DNA of 64,000 bases from the NCBI GenBank assembly GCA_037441385.1, contig JBBISH010000001.1:71190-135189 (forward strand), in the 5' to 3' direction. This document shows positions 27,030-36,622 of this stretch, piece after piece. Made by a program: the position numbers and the translations under genes. This DNA comes from Myxococcales bacterium (GTDB lineage Bacteria > Myxococcota_A > UBA9042). Each line of letters starts with the position of its first letter. The first letter of the stretch is position 1. Under the pieces are notes generated by a model, which was not told where the DNA came from, made no database searches, and was given only the letters and a program-made list of their open reading frames with translations.

Positions 27030-28432
27030 CCACCGCGCGGCTTGCGGCGGCTGCCGCGACCCTGTTCTTGGCAACTCCTTGCCATGCCTCGGTTTTTGAG
27101 CTGTTTGGCGCCGGTCCCCGCTCAATGGCGATGGTGGGCGCGAGCACGGCGTCGGCCGAGGGTGGCGAAGCCGCATTCCACAACCCCGCCATGCTCATGG
27201 CATCGCCCTTGGCCGGCGCGTGGTTCGGCGTGTCGACCACCCGCATGGGCCTGGACATCACATTGCAGCGGCCCGTCTGCACGGGCAGTTACACCAGCTG
27301 CAACAGCCAATATCCCGGTGGCTTTTCTAGCCGCAACCCCGTATTGCCAGAGAACTCGAGTGCCTTTGAGCTGGGCTGGAACTACCCGGTTGGCGGCATC
27401 TTGCGCAACCGGTTGGCCTTTGGCGCCGCGCTGGCCCTGCCGGTAGGGCACTTGATCCGCATTGCCGGCCCCGATCCGCAGGCGCCAAACTTCATTCAAT
27501 ACGAGGGCATGCCCGATCGCCTGGCCTTCCTGGTCTCGATGGCGGGCCGCATCACGGACCGATGGTGGCTGGGCGTGGGCACGCAGGTTCTGGCCGTGCT
27601 GAATGCGCAGATCGACCTGCAACTCAACGCCACCAATCGCAACTATGACCGCGCGACCATCAACATCGGTCTGCAGCCGCGGGCGCGCTTGACCGCCGGC
27701 ACCGCGTTCCATCCCCGCGACGACCTGTGGTTTGGGCTGGCATGGCGACAGCAATTGTCGCTGCAATACGGCATCCCGGCCGATGTCGCCGTGGGTTCGC
27801 CCGCCGAGCTGGCCATTGGCTTGGGGCATGACACGCTGTACTCGCCGGATGTGGTCAGCTTGGGCGCGGCTTGGCGCAGTAGCCAGGGCGGCGTGCGCAT
27901 GTCGGCCGATCTGGCCTGGTCGCGGTGGTCGGCGATGCCAGACCCTTCGCCGTCGGTAACCCTTGACGTCCGCGGCGACGGCGTGCGCGCCTTTGGCCTG
28001 AATTCGGCCTTGGATGTGGGCACGGATACCCCCATCATTGCCCTGCATTTCCGCGACACCTTCAGTCCGGCGCTCGCCACCGAAGTTCGCCTCACCGACG
28101 ACCTGCTGCTGCGCGGCGGCTACCGCTACCGGCCCACGCCCGCACCTCGCGCCGAGGGGCCGTTCAAGTACCTGGACAACGACGCTCATATTCTGGGCTT
28201 GGGCGTGGGCTACCACTTTGGGACCTTGGCCCCACGTCTCCAGCAGCAACTCCGCGACGCGGGTGCCAGCGCCGTGGACACGCCCGGTCCGCTGCACGTC
28301 GACGTGGGGATCCAGAGCCAGATCCTGCCTCAGCGCACGGTCTACCCCAGCGACGTCCACGACCCGGTCGGTGGCATCGCCCACGGCGGCAGTGTCTGGC
28401 ACGCGGGGGTCGCATTCGGCGGCAGCTTCTGA
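27026..28432 (+). CDS. FadL/TodX (OMPP1) family outer-membrane hydrophobic-compound channel
   Basis: Signal peptide ...ATPCHA. N-terminal hatch motif FELFGAGPRSMAMVGASTASAEGGEAAFHNPA characteristic of FadL. C-terminal aromatic residue (SF). Confidence 0.7.
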   Translation: MTTARLAAAAATLFLATPCHASVFELFGAGPRSMAMVGASTASAEGGEAAFHNPAMLMASPLAGAWFGVSTTRMGLDITLQRPVCTGSYTSCNSQYPGGFSSRNPVLPENSSAFELGWNYPVGGILRNRLAFGAALALPVGHLIRIAGPDPQAPNFIQYEGMPDRLAFLVSMAGRITDRWWLGVGTQVLAVLNAQIDLQLNATNRNYDRATINIGLQPRARLTAGTAFHPRDDLWFGLAWRQQLSLQYGIPADVAVGSPAELAIGLGHDTLYSPDVVSLGAAWRSSQGGVRMSADLAWSRWSAMPDPSPSVTLDVRGDGVRAFGLNSALDVGTDTPIIALHFRDTFSPALATEVRLTDDLLLRGGYRYRPTPAPRAEGPFKYLDNDAHILGLGVGYHFGTLAPRLQQQLRDAGASAVDTPGPLHVDVGIQSQILPQRTVYPSDVHDPVGGIAHGGSVWHAGVAFGGSF

Positions 28433-28535
28433 CACAATCGCCTGCGGGACCGCGGGGCAGCGCAGGATCACGTCGACATGGCGCAGGCTTCCCCAGTTAC
28501 CAGCGCGACTTGCGCCAGCACCGGTGTGGCCATCC

Positions 28536-29303
28536 ATGCAACAGATACTCCGCAATCGCATCCGCATAGGCCTACTCGCGACGGCCGCGACCTTGGCGCT
28601 TGCCGGCTGCGGCAGCTCGACCAGCACGCCGAGCGCCGCCAGCGACAGCCAAGGCAGCCTGGACACCGCCAGCAGCGACACCAAGGCCGATACCAACACC
28701 ACCAAGACGGACACCACCGTCAAAGCCGACACCACCAAAGCCCCCTGCAAGCCTTGGGAAACGCCCACCGAATGGAACTGCCCAGCCGACACGCACTGCG
28801 CGTACGACGAGAATGACGTGATCGCCTGCATGCCCAACGGCAGCCACGGCGTGGGCGAAGACTGCGCCGACGGTGGCGGCTGCAAGATCGGGCTGTGCGT
28901 GCAAGCCAGCAACGGCGCATCGGCCTGCGCCCCGTTCTGCACGACTGAGAGCCAGTGCGACTCGAACACCTGCAACAAGATCCAGGGCAAGAAGTACAGC
29001 ACCTGCGACGTGGCCAAGTACACCTCGTGCGCGCCCCTGACGCCCAAGTGCCCCACGGGCCAGTCGTGCTACCTGCTGGGCAACCTGGGCTTTGTCTGCT
29101 CGAACGCCGGCACGCTGCAAAGCGGCGAGGCTTGCGTCAGCAATTCGGAGTGTGCGCCCGGCCTTACGTGCGCGGGCGCCGCGGGCAGCACCAACGGCCT
29201 ATGCCGCAAGCTGTGCAGCACCACCTCTCAGCCCAACGGCTGCGACGATCCGTCGACCAACTGCTCCAAGCTCGGCTCGGGCGCAGGGTACTGTGAGCAA
29301 TAG
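28536..29303 (+). CDS. Small cysteine-rich secreted lipoprotein (255 aa)
   Basis: Lipobox LALAGC. Thr/Asp-rich linker. 26 Cys in the mature part in a pattern different from the CDDGNxCT repeats. Confidence 0.6.
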   Translation: MQQILRNRIRIGLLATAATLALAGCGSSTSTPSAASDSQGSLDTASSDTKADTNTTKTDTTVKADTTKAPCKPWETPTEWNCPADTHCAYDENDVIACMPNGSHGVGEDCADGGGCKIGLCVQASNGASACAPFCTTESQCDSNTCNKIQGKKYSTCDVAKYTSCAPLTPKCPTGQSCYLLGNLGFVCSNAGTLQSGEACVSNSECAPGLTCAGAAGSTNGLCRKLCSTTSQPNGCDDPSTNCSKLGSGAGYCEQ

Positions 29304-29336
29304 CCGCCCCGTCCGCTTGACTCAGGTAGGGTTCGC

Positions 29337-30848
29337 ATGAGCACTCCTCCCAGCCTGCTCGACATTTTGGACACCACGGTCACGCTCGAGTGGGCCGAGA
29401 CGCGCAGTATGGGCACGCTGCTGCAGCTTGGCGGGCGCAGCTTGGTGGTCACGGCCCTGCGCGCACCCGAAGTCGGCACCACGGTGTTCCTGCGCATCGA
29501 AGACGACAAGTCCGGCGAGGCCATGGCAGTCGACGGAACCTGCACCGGCGTGACCCAGAGCGACTGGGGCGAGCAGGAAGTCGCCCTCGACGTCAAACGG
29601 GTCGGGACAGTGGCCTCGGCGGCGGCGCTGCGCAGTTTCTTGGAGCGGCACGGCCTGGAACCCGGCGGCGCGGTGTCGGTCGGCCGCAATCGCGACAATC
29701 CCGACCTGAAGCGCTACGTCTACACCCTTCCCGAGCCCAAGCCCGGTAGCACCGCGACCTCGCCGATTCTCCCGGCGAATGTCACCGCCCGGAACCCTGC
29801 ACCGGTCGTCCACGAGTCCACCAAAACCCTTGGATCGCGCACGGATTTGGCCGCCCAGATTGAAGCCGCTCGGTCTGCCGCGGCGGCTCCACAAGAAGCT
29901 GTGGGGCTGGCCAGGCCCACCGCCCCTTCGCCGCCGCCGGCCGTCGCCATTTCTGTACCGATGCTGGACTCCAGCGCAGATCAAGAGTTGGCTGACCTGC
30001 TCTCGGCCCTGTCCAACGAACGCCCGACCCCGGCGATCGATACCTTGGCCATCGTCACTCCCACCAGCACTGCCGCCAGCCCTGCCGCACCGGCGCAGGC
30101 CAAGCCGGCCGCACCGACCAGGACCGCAGGGCCAAGTGCCGACGAAAACGCTACGGTCGAGCTGTCGCTCGCCAGTCTGGCGCTGGCGGCGCCCAGTCAT
30201 TCGCCGGTGCCGACCGCCGCGCAACCGCTGCCGCGTCCGCCAAGCCCCCCGCAGGGAATCTCGGCCCCGGGCAGCCTGCTCGGCGCGGCGCTCAAGCCGG
30301 CCCCGGCCAAGCCAGCGGTCGATCTCGACCACGACTTCTCGGAGAAGATCCTGGTCCAGACCGTCGATCAGGCCACTACGATTGCGGCGCCCGTGGTCAC
30401 AGTTCCAGGCCGCGACCGGCCGGCGCCGTCCAGCCCCGCGCTGAACAATCGCCCCACCGAGCAGTCGCCGATGGCGGGCCTGAGCCACACCGAACCGCTC
30501 GGCGCGGCACCATTGTTCGCCACCGACTCGGCGCAGCGGGTAGAAATTGCGGTCCAGTTCGAACTGGGGCCCAAGAAGAAGAAGATCCCGGGCACATTGA
30601 TCCGTTTGGGCGAAAGCAAGTTGCGGGTATGCAGCGACAGCCTGCCCCAATTGTACGAGCGCCTGGCCGTGCTGGTGCCGCTCAAGAACAATCCCAAGAA
30701 CCTGCTGACGTTGCGCTGCGAAGTCACCCGCGTGCGCACCGGCGAAGACGGCAGCGTGCCCTGCTTTGACGCCCGCCTGACCGCGGCCGGCAACACTCCG
30801 GCGATTCTGGCCAAAGTGCGCGAATTGCTGAACGAGCCCCCAGGATAG
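29337..30848 (+). CDS. Hypothetical protein with N- and C-terminal PilZ-like domains separated by a Pro/Ala-rich linker
   Basis: N-terminal ...GRSLVV...VGTTVFLRIED. C-terminal ...IPGTLIRLGESKLRVCSD....LLTLRCEVTRVR. These resemble PilZ beta-barrels. Very long low-complexity middle. Confidence 0.45.
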   Translation: MSTPPSLLDILDTTVTLEWAETRSMGTLLQLGGRSLVVTALRAPEVGTTVFLRIEDDKSGEAMAVDGTCTGVTQSDWGEQEVALDVKRVGTVASAAALRSFLERHGLEPGGAVSVGRNRDNPDLKRYVYTLPEPKPGSTATSPILPANVTARNPAPVVHESTKTLGSRTDLAAQIEAARSAAAAPQEAVGLARPTAPSPPPAVAISVPMLDSSADQELADLLSALSNERPTPAIDTLAIVTPTSTAASPAAPAQAKPAAPTRTAGPSADENATVELSLASLALAAPSHSPVPTAAQPLPRPPSPPQGISAPGSLLGAALKPAPAKPAVDLDHDFSEKILVQTVDQATTIAAPVVTVPGRDRPAPSSPALNNRPTEQSPMAGLSHTEPLGAAPLFATDSAQRVEIAVQFELGPKKKKIPGTLIRLGESKLRVCSDSLPQLYERLAVLVPLKNNPKNLLTLRCEVTRVRTGEDGSVPCFDARLTAAGNTPAILAKVRELLNEPPG

Positions 30849-30893
30849 GTTGCAGTCGAACCCAGGCCCACGCGGCCCCCGGCGGAGCGAACC

Positions 30894-31592
30894 ATGCCGC
30901 ACGTACTGATCGTCGAAGACGAACCGGACTTGCGCGCGTTGGTGGCCCACCACGTGGAAATGGCCGGGCACTCGTGCAGCGAGGCGGGAACTTGCGCCGA
31001 GGCCTTGGCAGCGGCCGGCCAGCAACGGCCCGACATCGTCATCCTGGACCTGATGCTGCCCGACGGTTCGGGCGTGGACGTGTGCCGCAGCCTGCGCGCG
31101 CAGCCCAAGCTGGCCACGGTGCCGATCCTCATGCTGACCGCGCTGGCGGCCGAACCCGAGCGCGTGACGGGCTTCGAGGCCGGTGCCGACGACTACGTGA
31201 CCAAGCCGTTCTCGGTCCGCGAGCTGATGTTGCGGATCTCGGCCATCCTGCGGCGTGCGCCCGCGGAGCCGCCGCCGCCGAGCAACGTGGTCGAGGCCGC
31301 CGGAATTCGCCTGGACGCCGAGCGCCACGAGGTCCACGTCCAGGGTGAGTTGCTGCACCTGACCGCGCTGGAATTCCGCCTGTTGGCCGCGCTTTTGGCC
31401 AACGCGGGCAAGGTGCTGACGCGCCAGTCGCTGCTGGAAGATGTGTGGGAGATGAGCCCTGATCTGCGGACGCGGACAGTCGATACGCACGTCAAGCGCC
31501 TGCGCGAGCGCCTGGGCCCCGCTGGCGAGGCCATCGCCACCGTGCGCGGCGTGGGCTACAGCTTGCGCACGGGCAGCGAGGGCCCACAGTGA
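30894..31592 (+). CDS. Response regulator, OmpR/PhoB family
   Basis: REC domain (VLIVEDEPDL, DIVILDLMLPDGSG, phospho-acceptor D) plus winged-helix (TRTVDTHVKRLRERL). Confidence 0.85.
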   Translation: MPHVLIVEDEPDLRALVAHHVEMAGHSCSEAGTCAEALAAAGQQRPDIVILDLMLPDGSGVDVCRSLRAQPKLATVPILMLTALAAEPERVTGFEAGADDYVTKPFSVRELMLRISAILRRAPAEPPPPSNVVEAAGIRLDAERHEVHVQGELLHLTALEFRLLAALLANAGKVLTRQSLLEDVWEMSPDLRTRTVDTHVKRLRERLGPAGEAIATVRGVGYSLRTGSEGPQ

Positions 31593-32665
31593 GTCCCGAC
31601 GGCAGCCGCGGACCGCCGCCCAACCCGCGCGCCAACCTGTTCTCGACCATGATCGACGCCATGGGCGACGGCATGATGGTTGTGGACGACAAGCTCCGGG
31701 TGGTCGTCACCAACCGCAGCCTGCGCGATACGCTGGTTTGGGCCAGTACCAGCCAAGGGCAGCCGCTGGTCAGCTTGGTCGACGCGCCGCAGTGGGTGGA
31801 TGCCTGCGCCACGGTCTTGGCCGGCGGCGAGCCGCGCACGCTCGAGGTCGTTCACCGCGGCCTCCGCGAACGGCTGCTGGAGGTGCGGGTGGTGCCGCTG
31901 CCCGACCACGAGTACTGGGGGCACCGCGTCCTCTGCGTGGTGCGCGACGTCACCGAGACGCGCGCCGTCGAGCGAATGCTCATGGACTTTATCGCCAACG
32001 CCAGCCACGAGTTGCGCACGCCCACCGCCGCCATCCTGGGCTGGGCCGAGACGCTGGTCGACGCGCCGCCAACCAACCCCGAAAAGCTGGCGCAAATCCA
32101 CGCGACACTGTACCGCCACGCGAGCCGCCTCAAGATTCTGCTGGGCCAGTTGCTCGATCTGTCGCGCTTGGACCAGCACCAGTGGCACCTGCAGAGCAGC
32201 GCCATCGACGTGGCCGCCTTGCTGCACGGGTTGTTAGAGCACTACCGCGACGAGGCCAACGGCGCAGGCCTGACGCTGCAAACCGAGCTAGAGGCCCACC
32301 TGCCGCCCGCGCTGGCCGACCGCGGCGCCCTGGAGATCGCGCTGGGCAATCTGGTGCAAAATGCCATCAAGTACTCGACCTGCGGCGGCAGCGTGACCGT
32401 GCGCGCCCGGCGGAGCCGCGAGCCGAACACCCGCACGCTGCGCATCGAAGTGGTCGACTGCGGAATCGGCATCCCGCCCGACGATCAGCAGCGGGTTTTC
32501 GAGCGTTTCTATCGCGTGGACAAGGGGCGCTCGCGGCAAGTTGGCGGCGCGGGCCTGGGTCTGTCCATCGTGCAATCGCTGGTGCAACAGCTGGGCGGCC
32601 GCCTGGAGCTACACAGCGAGATCGGTCAAGGGTCGACCTTCGCCGTGATCCTGCCCATTGGATAG
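31589..32665 (+). CDS. Sensor histidine kinase (PAS - HisKA - HATPase_c, PhoR-like)
   Basis: GTG start overlapping the regulator stop (GTGA). H-box HELRTPTAAILGW. G2 box GGAGLGLSIVQSLV. Confidence 0.85.
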   Translation: MSPDGSRGPPPNPRANLFSTMIDAMGDGMMVVDDKLRVVVTNRSLRDTLVWASTSQGQPLVSLVDAPQWVDACATVLAGGEPRTLEVVHRGLRERLLEVRVVPLPDHEYWGHRVLCVVRDVTETRAVERMLMDFIANASHELRTPTAAILGWAETLVDAPPTNPEKLAQIHATLYRHASRLKILLGQLLDLSRLDQHQWHLQSSAIDVAALLHGLLEHYRDEANGAGLTLQTELEAHLPPALADRGALEIALGNLVQNAIKYSTCGGSVTVRARRSREPNTRTLRIEVVDCGIGIPPDDQQRVFERFYRVDKGRSRQVGGAGLGLSIVQSLVQQLGGRLELHSEIGQGSTFAVILPIG

Positions 32666-32671
32666 GGTCGC

Positions 32672-33229
32672 TCAGCCCGCCGTGGCGAAGCGGCTGGTGA
32701 CGAACTCGGCCGTCACGCGCACACCGTTGATCACAAAGGCAATGTGGATGTCGCGCAGATCGTAGGTCGTCTGCAATTCGGTCAGGATGGCGTCGCCCTG
32801 CTCATCGGTGATGGACTCGATGGCCTCCACGTCCTCGTTGATCTTCTTGACCTCTTTTTGCAGGTCGTTGTACAGGCGCCACTCCGCCTCGTCCCAGTTG
32901 AAGATCACCAACTGGGCCAACAGGCCGTTGCGCTTGCCAAAGATCTCGGCGCGGAACACCTTTTCCAGGTGACCGGCGTCGATCTTTTGCGGACGGTAGC
33001 CCTTGAAATGACGGAAGAAGACGCCGCGGTCCAGCTTCTCGAGCTCGGCCAAGAAGGTCCGCAGCGGCAAGCGGCGGCAAATGCGCGCAAGTTGCTTGCC
33101 CGACAGGCTCTCTAGCGCGGCAATGGCGTCGCGGTCATCGTCGCGGGCCGCGTCCGTGGCTGCGGTGCCCTGCGCGGGAGTGTCGGTTTCGGCCTGCGCC
33201 GGCGCTACTTGCTCGAGTTCCTGGGTCAT
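32672..33229 (-). CDS. Hypothetical protein (185 aa), last gene of the minus-strand cox cluster
   Basis: ATG 33229 with an AGGTG RBS. Acidic N-terminus. No recognised domain. Confidence 0.5.
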   Translation of the reverse strand: MTQELEQVAPAQAETDTPAQGTAATDAARDDDRDAIAALESLSGKQLARICRRLPLRTFLAELEKLDRGVFFRHFKGYRPQKIDAGHLEKVFRAEIFGKRNGLLAQLVIFNWDEAEWRLYNDLQKEVKKINEDVEAIESITDEQGDAILTELQTTYDLRDIHIAFVINGVRVTAEFVTSRFATAG

Positions 33230-33332
33230 CCTAACACCTGTTGCCTTCAGCACGTTGTATTCATCGGGATTTAGCCGCCAAACCGTGCGGTGGCGGCGGG
33301 GCGGCGGAGTGTACGACCACGGCTGGCCGACT

Positions 33333-34109
33333 TCAAGAGTTGCCGGGCAATTTCGGCCGCCGCGACAGCGCGATCCAGACCGCAACCAGCGTCACCGCCA
33401 ACAGATACCACGTCGAGGCATACTCGATGTGCTTGGTCGGCAACGGGTGGATCGGATACTCATAGCCATCGAGCGGCCAGGCCTCTGGATTGACCGGCTG
33501 GCCCACCGCCTGCTCGCCCGCGTCCAGCAGCAGGTCGGGATCCAGATCCGCGACCGTAGCCGAAATCGCCTTGGGATCCGCAATCATCCAAGTCGCCAAC
33601 CCTTCGTGACTGCCCAGCGGCTGCTGGCCCGGCGGCGCGTCGCCCACCACCCGAAGCCGGCCGCGAAACAGGTCGGGCGGCTCAGTCGCCAGCTTCTTGC
33701 GGAACTCGGGCAACTTGTCGACAGGAACCCAGCCCAAATTCACCAAGAGCTTGGCGTGCGGCCCCGACGCGACCTGGATCGGCGCAAGCACACCCCAGCC
33801 ACGCTGACCAAACTTGTAGCGCGCGGTCAGCAGGTTGAGGTGCTCCAGGTCCAGCTTGCCGCGCAGAGCCGCCCGGCGAAAATGCAGCTGTTCCAGCCGG
33901 TTGGAGCTTCCCTGCCCTTCACTCAGGCTGGTCACCGGCGGCCGCTCGTCGTGCTGGCGCCGGTACTGCTCGACCCGACCGCTGGTTTCGCCAAAACGGC
34001 GCACCTGCCACGTGCCCAGGCTGAGCAAAATCCCCAGCATGATCACGGCAATGAGGGTCGGCACCAGCTTGGGCGCAAATACCTTTGGATTGTCTTGCTG
34101 TTGCGTCAT
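33333..34109 (-). CDS. SURF1 family cytochrome oxidase biogenesis protein
   Basis: N-terminal TM followed by LGTWQVRR (SURF1 signature LGxWQxxR). C-terminal TM. Confidence 0.75.
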   Translation of the reverse strand: MTQQQDNPKVFAPKLVPTLIAVIMLGILLSLGTWQVRRFGETSGRVEQYRRQHDERPPVTSLSEGQGSSNRLEQLHFRRAALRGKLDLEHLNLLTARYKFGQRGWGVLAPIQVASGPHAKLLVNLGWVPVDKLPEFRKKLATEPPDLFRGRLRVVGDAPPGQQPLGSHEGLATWMIADPKAISATVADLDPDLLLDAGEQAVGQPVNPEAWPLDGYEYPIHPLPTKHIEYASTWYLLAVTLVAVWIALSRRPKLPGNS

Positions 34110-34136
34110 GTTGGCGCCCCGTCCTGGCGGTGTGCT

Positions 34137-34769
34137 CTAGGGCTGCTCGGCCAGACCCCGGGCAGCGGCTTCCAGCGCCTGCATGCCGGCCGCGTCCCGA
34201 TCGAAAAGCCCACGCAGGTGCCCCTGCCGGTCCACCAGCACAAAGCGCAGGCTGTGGGCCGTGTCCAGCGGAGTGGGCGCCAGGATCGCCGTGTGCTCCG
34301 AAGGCAGCCCGGTCACGCGATCCGCGCGGATGATCGGCTGCATGAAGCCCTGCACCACCAGCCGCTCCATGGTCTCGTACTCACCGGTCAGCAGCGACCA
34401 AACCCGCGTGTCGGCGCCATATTTCTGGCCGTAGGCGCGCAGCACCTCGGGCGTGTCGGTCATCGGGTCCACCGAGATGCTGATGATTCGTACCGGTGGC
34501 TTGCCCGTGGCCGGCATCCAGGCCTTCAGGCGATTCTGCAGCTCGGCTGTGGCTTTGGCGAGCGGCGGACACTGGGTGGGGCAAGACGTAAACAAGAAGT
34601 TGGCGATCCAGACCGTGCCGCGCAGGCTGGTGTCGTCCACGGGCCGGCCGTCTTGATCGGTCATCGCAAAGGCCGGCAGCACGCCCAGGTCTTGCAGGGG
34701 CGGCGCGTCGCGACGGCAAGCCAGCAGCACCACCGTCGTCGCGGCCACGAGCCACGCGCGGCCGGTCAT
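34137..34769 (-). CDS. SCO1/SenC family copper chaperone
   Basis: FLFTSCPTQCP (CxxxC motif, FxFTxCPxxCP). Downstream His. Start overlaps the peroxidase stop (ATGA). Confidence 0.8.
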   Translation of the reverse strand: MTGRAWLVAATTVVLLACRRDAPPLQDLGVLPAFAMTDQDGRPVDDTSLRGTVWIANFLFTSCPTQCPPLAKATAELQNRLKAWMPATGKPPVRIISISVDPMTDTPEVLRAYGQKYGADTRVWSLLTGEYETMERLVVQGFMQPIIRADRVTGLPSEHTAILAPTPLDTAHSLRFVLVDRQGHLRGLFDRDAAGMQALEAAARGLAEQP

Positions 34770-36070
34770 GGTGCCCCCGCAGGCGCGGCCAGCCATGGCT
34801 GGGCAGGCAAGGGCCCGGTCAGGCTGGTCAAGAAAGCCACCAGATCTTCAGCATCTACGCTGCCGGGCAGCGGCCGCAGGGTCAGCTCGCGGTGCCCCAG
34901 CTGCGCCTTGCCAGGCAAGGTGCGATAGAAATCGACCACATCACGCAAGGTTGCCGCCTGTCCCGCGTGAAAGTAGGGCGCCGTCATCGCCACATTGCGC
35001 AGACTAGGCGTCTTGAACGCCCCGACAAAGTCGGCAAAGCGCGGATCCAAGAACCGGAGTTCGTCGCATTGCTTGGCATCCGAGTACGCCTCGCCACAGC
35101 GGAACGGGTCGTGCTTGACCTGCCCCGCGCCCAGCGTGCGACCGCCGTCCACTCCGGTCAGAGGTTGGCCTTGATCGTCGTCGCCACCGGGCAGACCCAG
35201 GTTGTGGAAGGTGCGGTCGCTGAAAAGCGGCCCGTTGTGGCAGTTGACGCAGCCTGCGGTGCCGATGAACGCCCGCAGACCGCGCCGCGCAGACTCGCTC
35301 AAGTGCCCACCGCCCGCGGCATCGCCCGCCACCACGGCCTGTACGTAGCGATCGAACGGCGCTGGCTGCGGCTGCAGGTGCCGTTCGTAGGCCTCGATTG
35401 CTTTGCCAAAATGGGCGAATACGCGGTTCACCGCGTCTTGGTCTGCCGGCTGCATCGCCGCCCAGGCCACCTGCAGCGGGTGCTGCCGGTCCAGATCCAC
35501 TGGCATGGCGTGGGGCGGAAAGCGCTGCAGATCGGCCAAATTCGGCATCGGGCCAAACAGCTGCTCGTAGGGCTGCCGATAGCGATCGTACAGGGCGTGC
35601 GCCAGTGCCAGACGATCCAGCCCGTGCTCGTTCGCGGCTTCAACGGGCCCCAGCGCCTGCGACCACGCGCTGTCTTTGCGGCCGTCCAAGAACAAAAACG
35701 GGAACCAGCCCGCACCGATCACGGTGGGCGCGTTGCGCTTGGTCGCTCCCACCCCTTGGGCCTGCCGTCGACCGTCCGTAAAATACTTTTGCGGCTCGTG
35801 GCAGGTCGCGCATGCCACCTTGCCGTTGCTAGAAAGGGCCTTGTCAAAGAACAGAGCTTGCCCCAGCTTGGCGGCGTTCGGCTCATCGGCCCAGCGATTG
35901 CCAGGACTTGCGGGCAGTTTGTTGACCAGCGCCAGGCTCGCCAGTATGCGCAGCTCTGCCGGAGTCCACGGGCCGTCGCTAGTCCGGCAACCCACGCCCG
36001 CCACACCAAGCAGGCTGGCGACGAGCAGCCACCGCAGCGGCGGCCCCAAACGAAGTCCCAAGCGGTCCAT
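34766..36070 (-). CDS. Di-haem cytochrome c peroxidase (CCP/MauG family)
   Basis: Two CxxCH motifs (CATCHEP and CVNCHNGP). Signal peptide. Conserved PTVIGAGWFPFLFLDGR region. Confidence 0.8.
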   Translation of the reverse strand: MDRLGLRLGPPLRWLLVASLLGVAGVGCRTSDGPWTPAELRILASLALVNKLPASPGNRWADEPNAAKLGQALFFDKALSSNGKVACATCHEPQKYFTDGRRQAQGVGATKRNAPTVIGAGWFPFLFLDGRKDSAWSQALGPVEAANEHGLDRLALAHALYDRYRQPYEQLFGPMPNLADLQRFPPHAMPVDLDRQHPLQVAWAAMQPADQDAVNRVFAHFGKAIEAYERHLQPQPAPFDRYVQAVVAGDAAGGGHLSESARRGLRAFIGTAGCVNCHNGPLFSDRTFHNLGLPGGDDDQGQPLTGVDGGRTLGAGQVKHDPFRCGEAYSDAKQCDELRFLDPRFADFVGAFKTPSLRNVAMTAPYFHAGQAATLRDVVDFYRTLPGKAQLGHRELTLRPLPGSVDAEDLVAFLTSLTGPLPAQPWLAAPAGAP

Positions 36071-36076
36071 GGTGGG

Positions 36077-36622
36077 CTACTGCGCCGCGCCGGCTGGCAA
36101 TGCCTCGGGCGGTTGTTCAAAGGGCAACTCGAAGGAATCGCTTTGATCCCCCTCGCGCACCTGCACAGAGAACACCCAGTGGCCCTGCATGTGCAGGCGC
36201 ATCCCCTGGGTGCGGAATTGCCCCGGCACCAACTGCGCCGTCTCAGGCTTGGTCATCATGCCATGGTGGTGGGCCGGCATGGTCGCATCCACGATCACGG
36301 TGGCGTCGGCAGCCAGCGGCGCGCCGTCCGAGTGCTGCACCCGCGTCACCGCCGCAAACAGGTCGCCGGTCGACGGCACGGTAAAGGTAAAGGTGCCTTT
36401 GTACTTGCCGGCCTTGCTGGTGCCGCCCAGCTCCATGGCGGTGCCAACGGCCGGTGCCGCATTCGCCGGCGCTTGCGCCTGTGCCGGCGCTGGAGCCAGG
36501 GCCGGGGCTGGAGCCAGGGCCGGGGCTGGAGCCAGGGCCGGAGCCGGAGCGGGGACCGGAGCCGCCTTGCCGCATGCACAAAGCACAACAATTCCAAGCA
36601 GTAGAAAATGGGGGGCATTCAT
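36077..36622 (-). CDS. Lipoprotein with His/Met-rich motif (putative periplasmic copper-binding protein, PCuAC/YtkA-like)
   Basis: Lipobox LCAC. (APAPAL)n linker encoded by an 18-bp DNA repeat. MPAHHHGMM ... HMQGH motifs. ATG 36622 overlaps the CtaG stop. Confidence 0.5.
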   Translation of the reverse strand: MNAPHFLLLGIVVLCACGKAAPVPAPAPALAPAPALAPAPALAPAPAQAQAPANAAPAVGTAMELGGTSKAGKYKGTFTFTVPSTGDLFAAVTRVQHSDGAPLAADATVIVDATMPAHHHGMMTKPETAQLVPGQFRTQGMRLHMQGHWVFSVQVREGDQSDSFELPFEQPPEALPAGAAQ

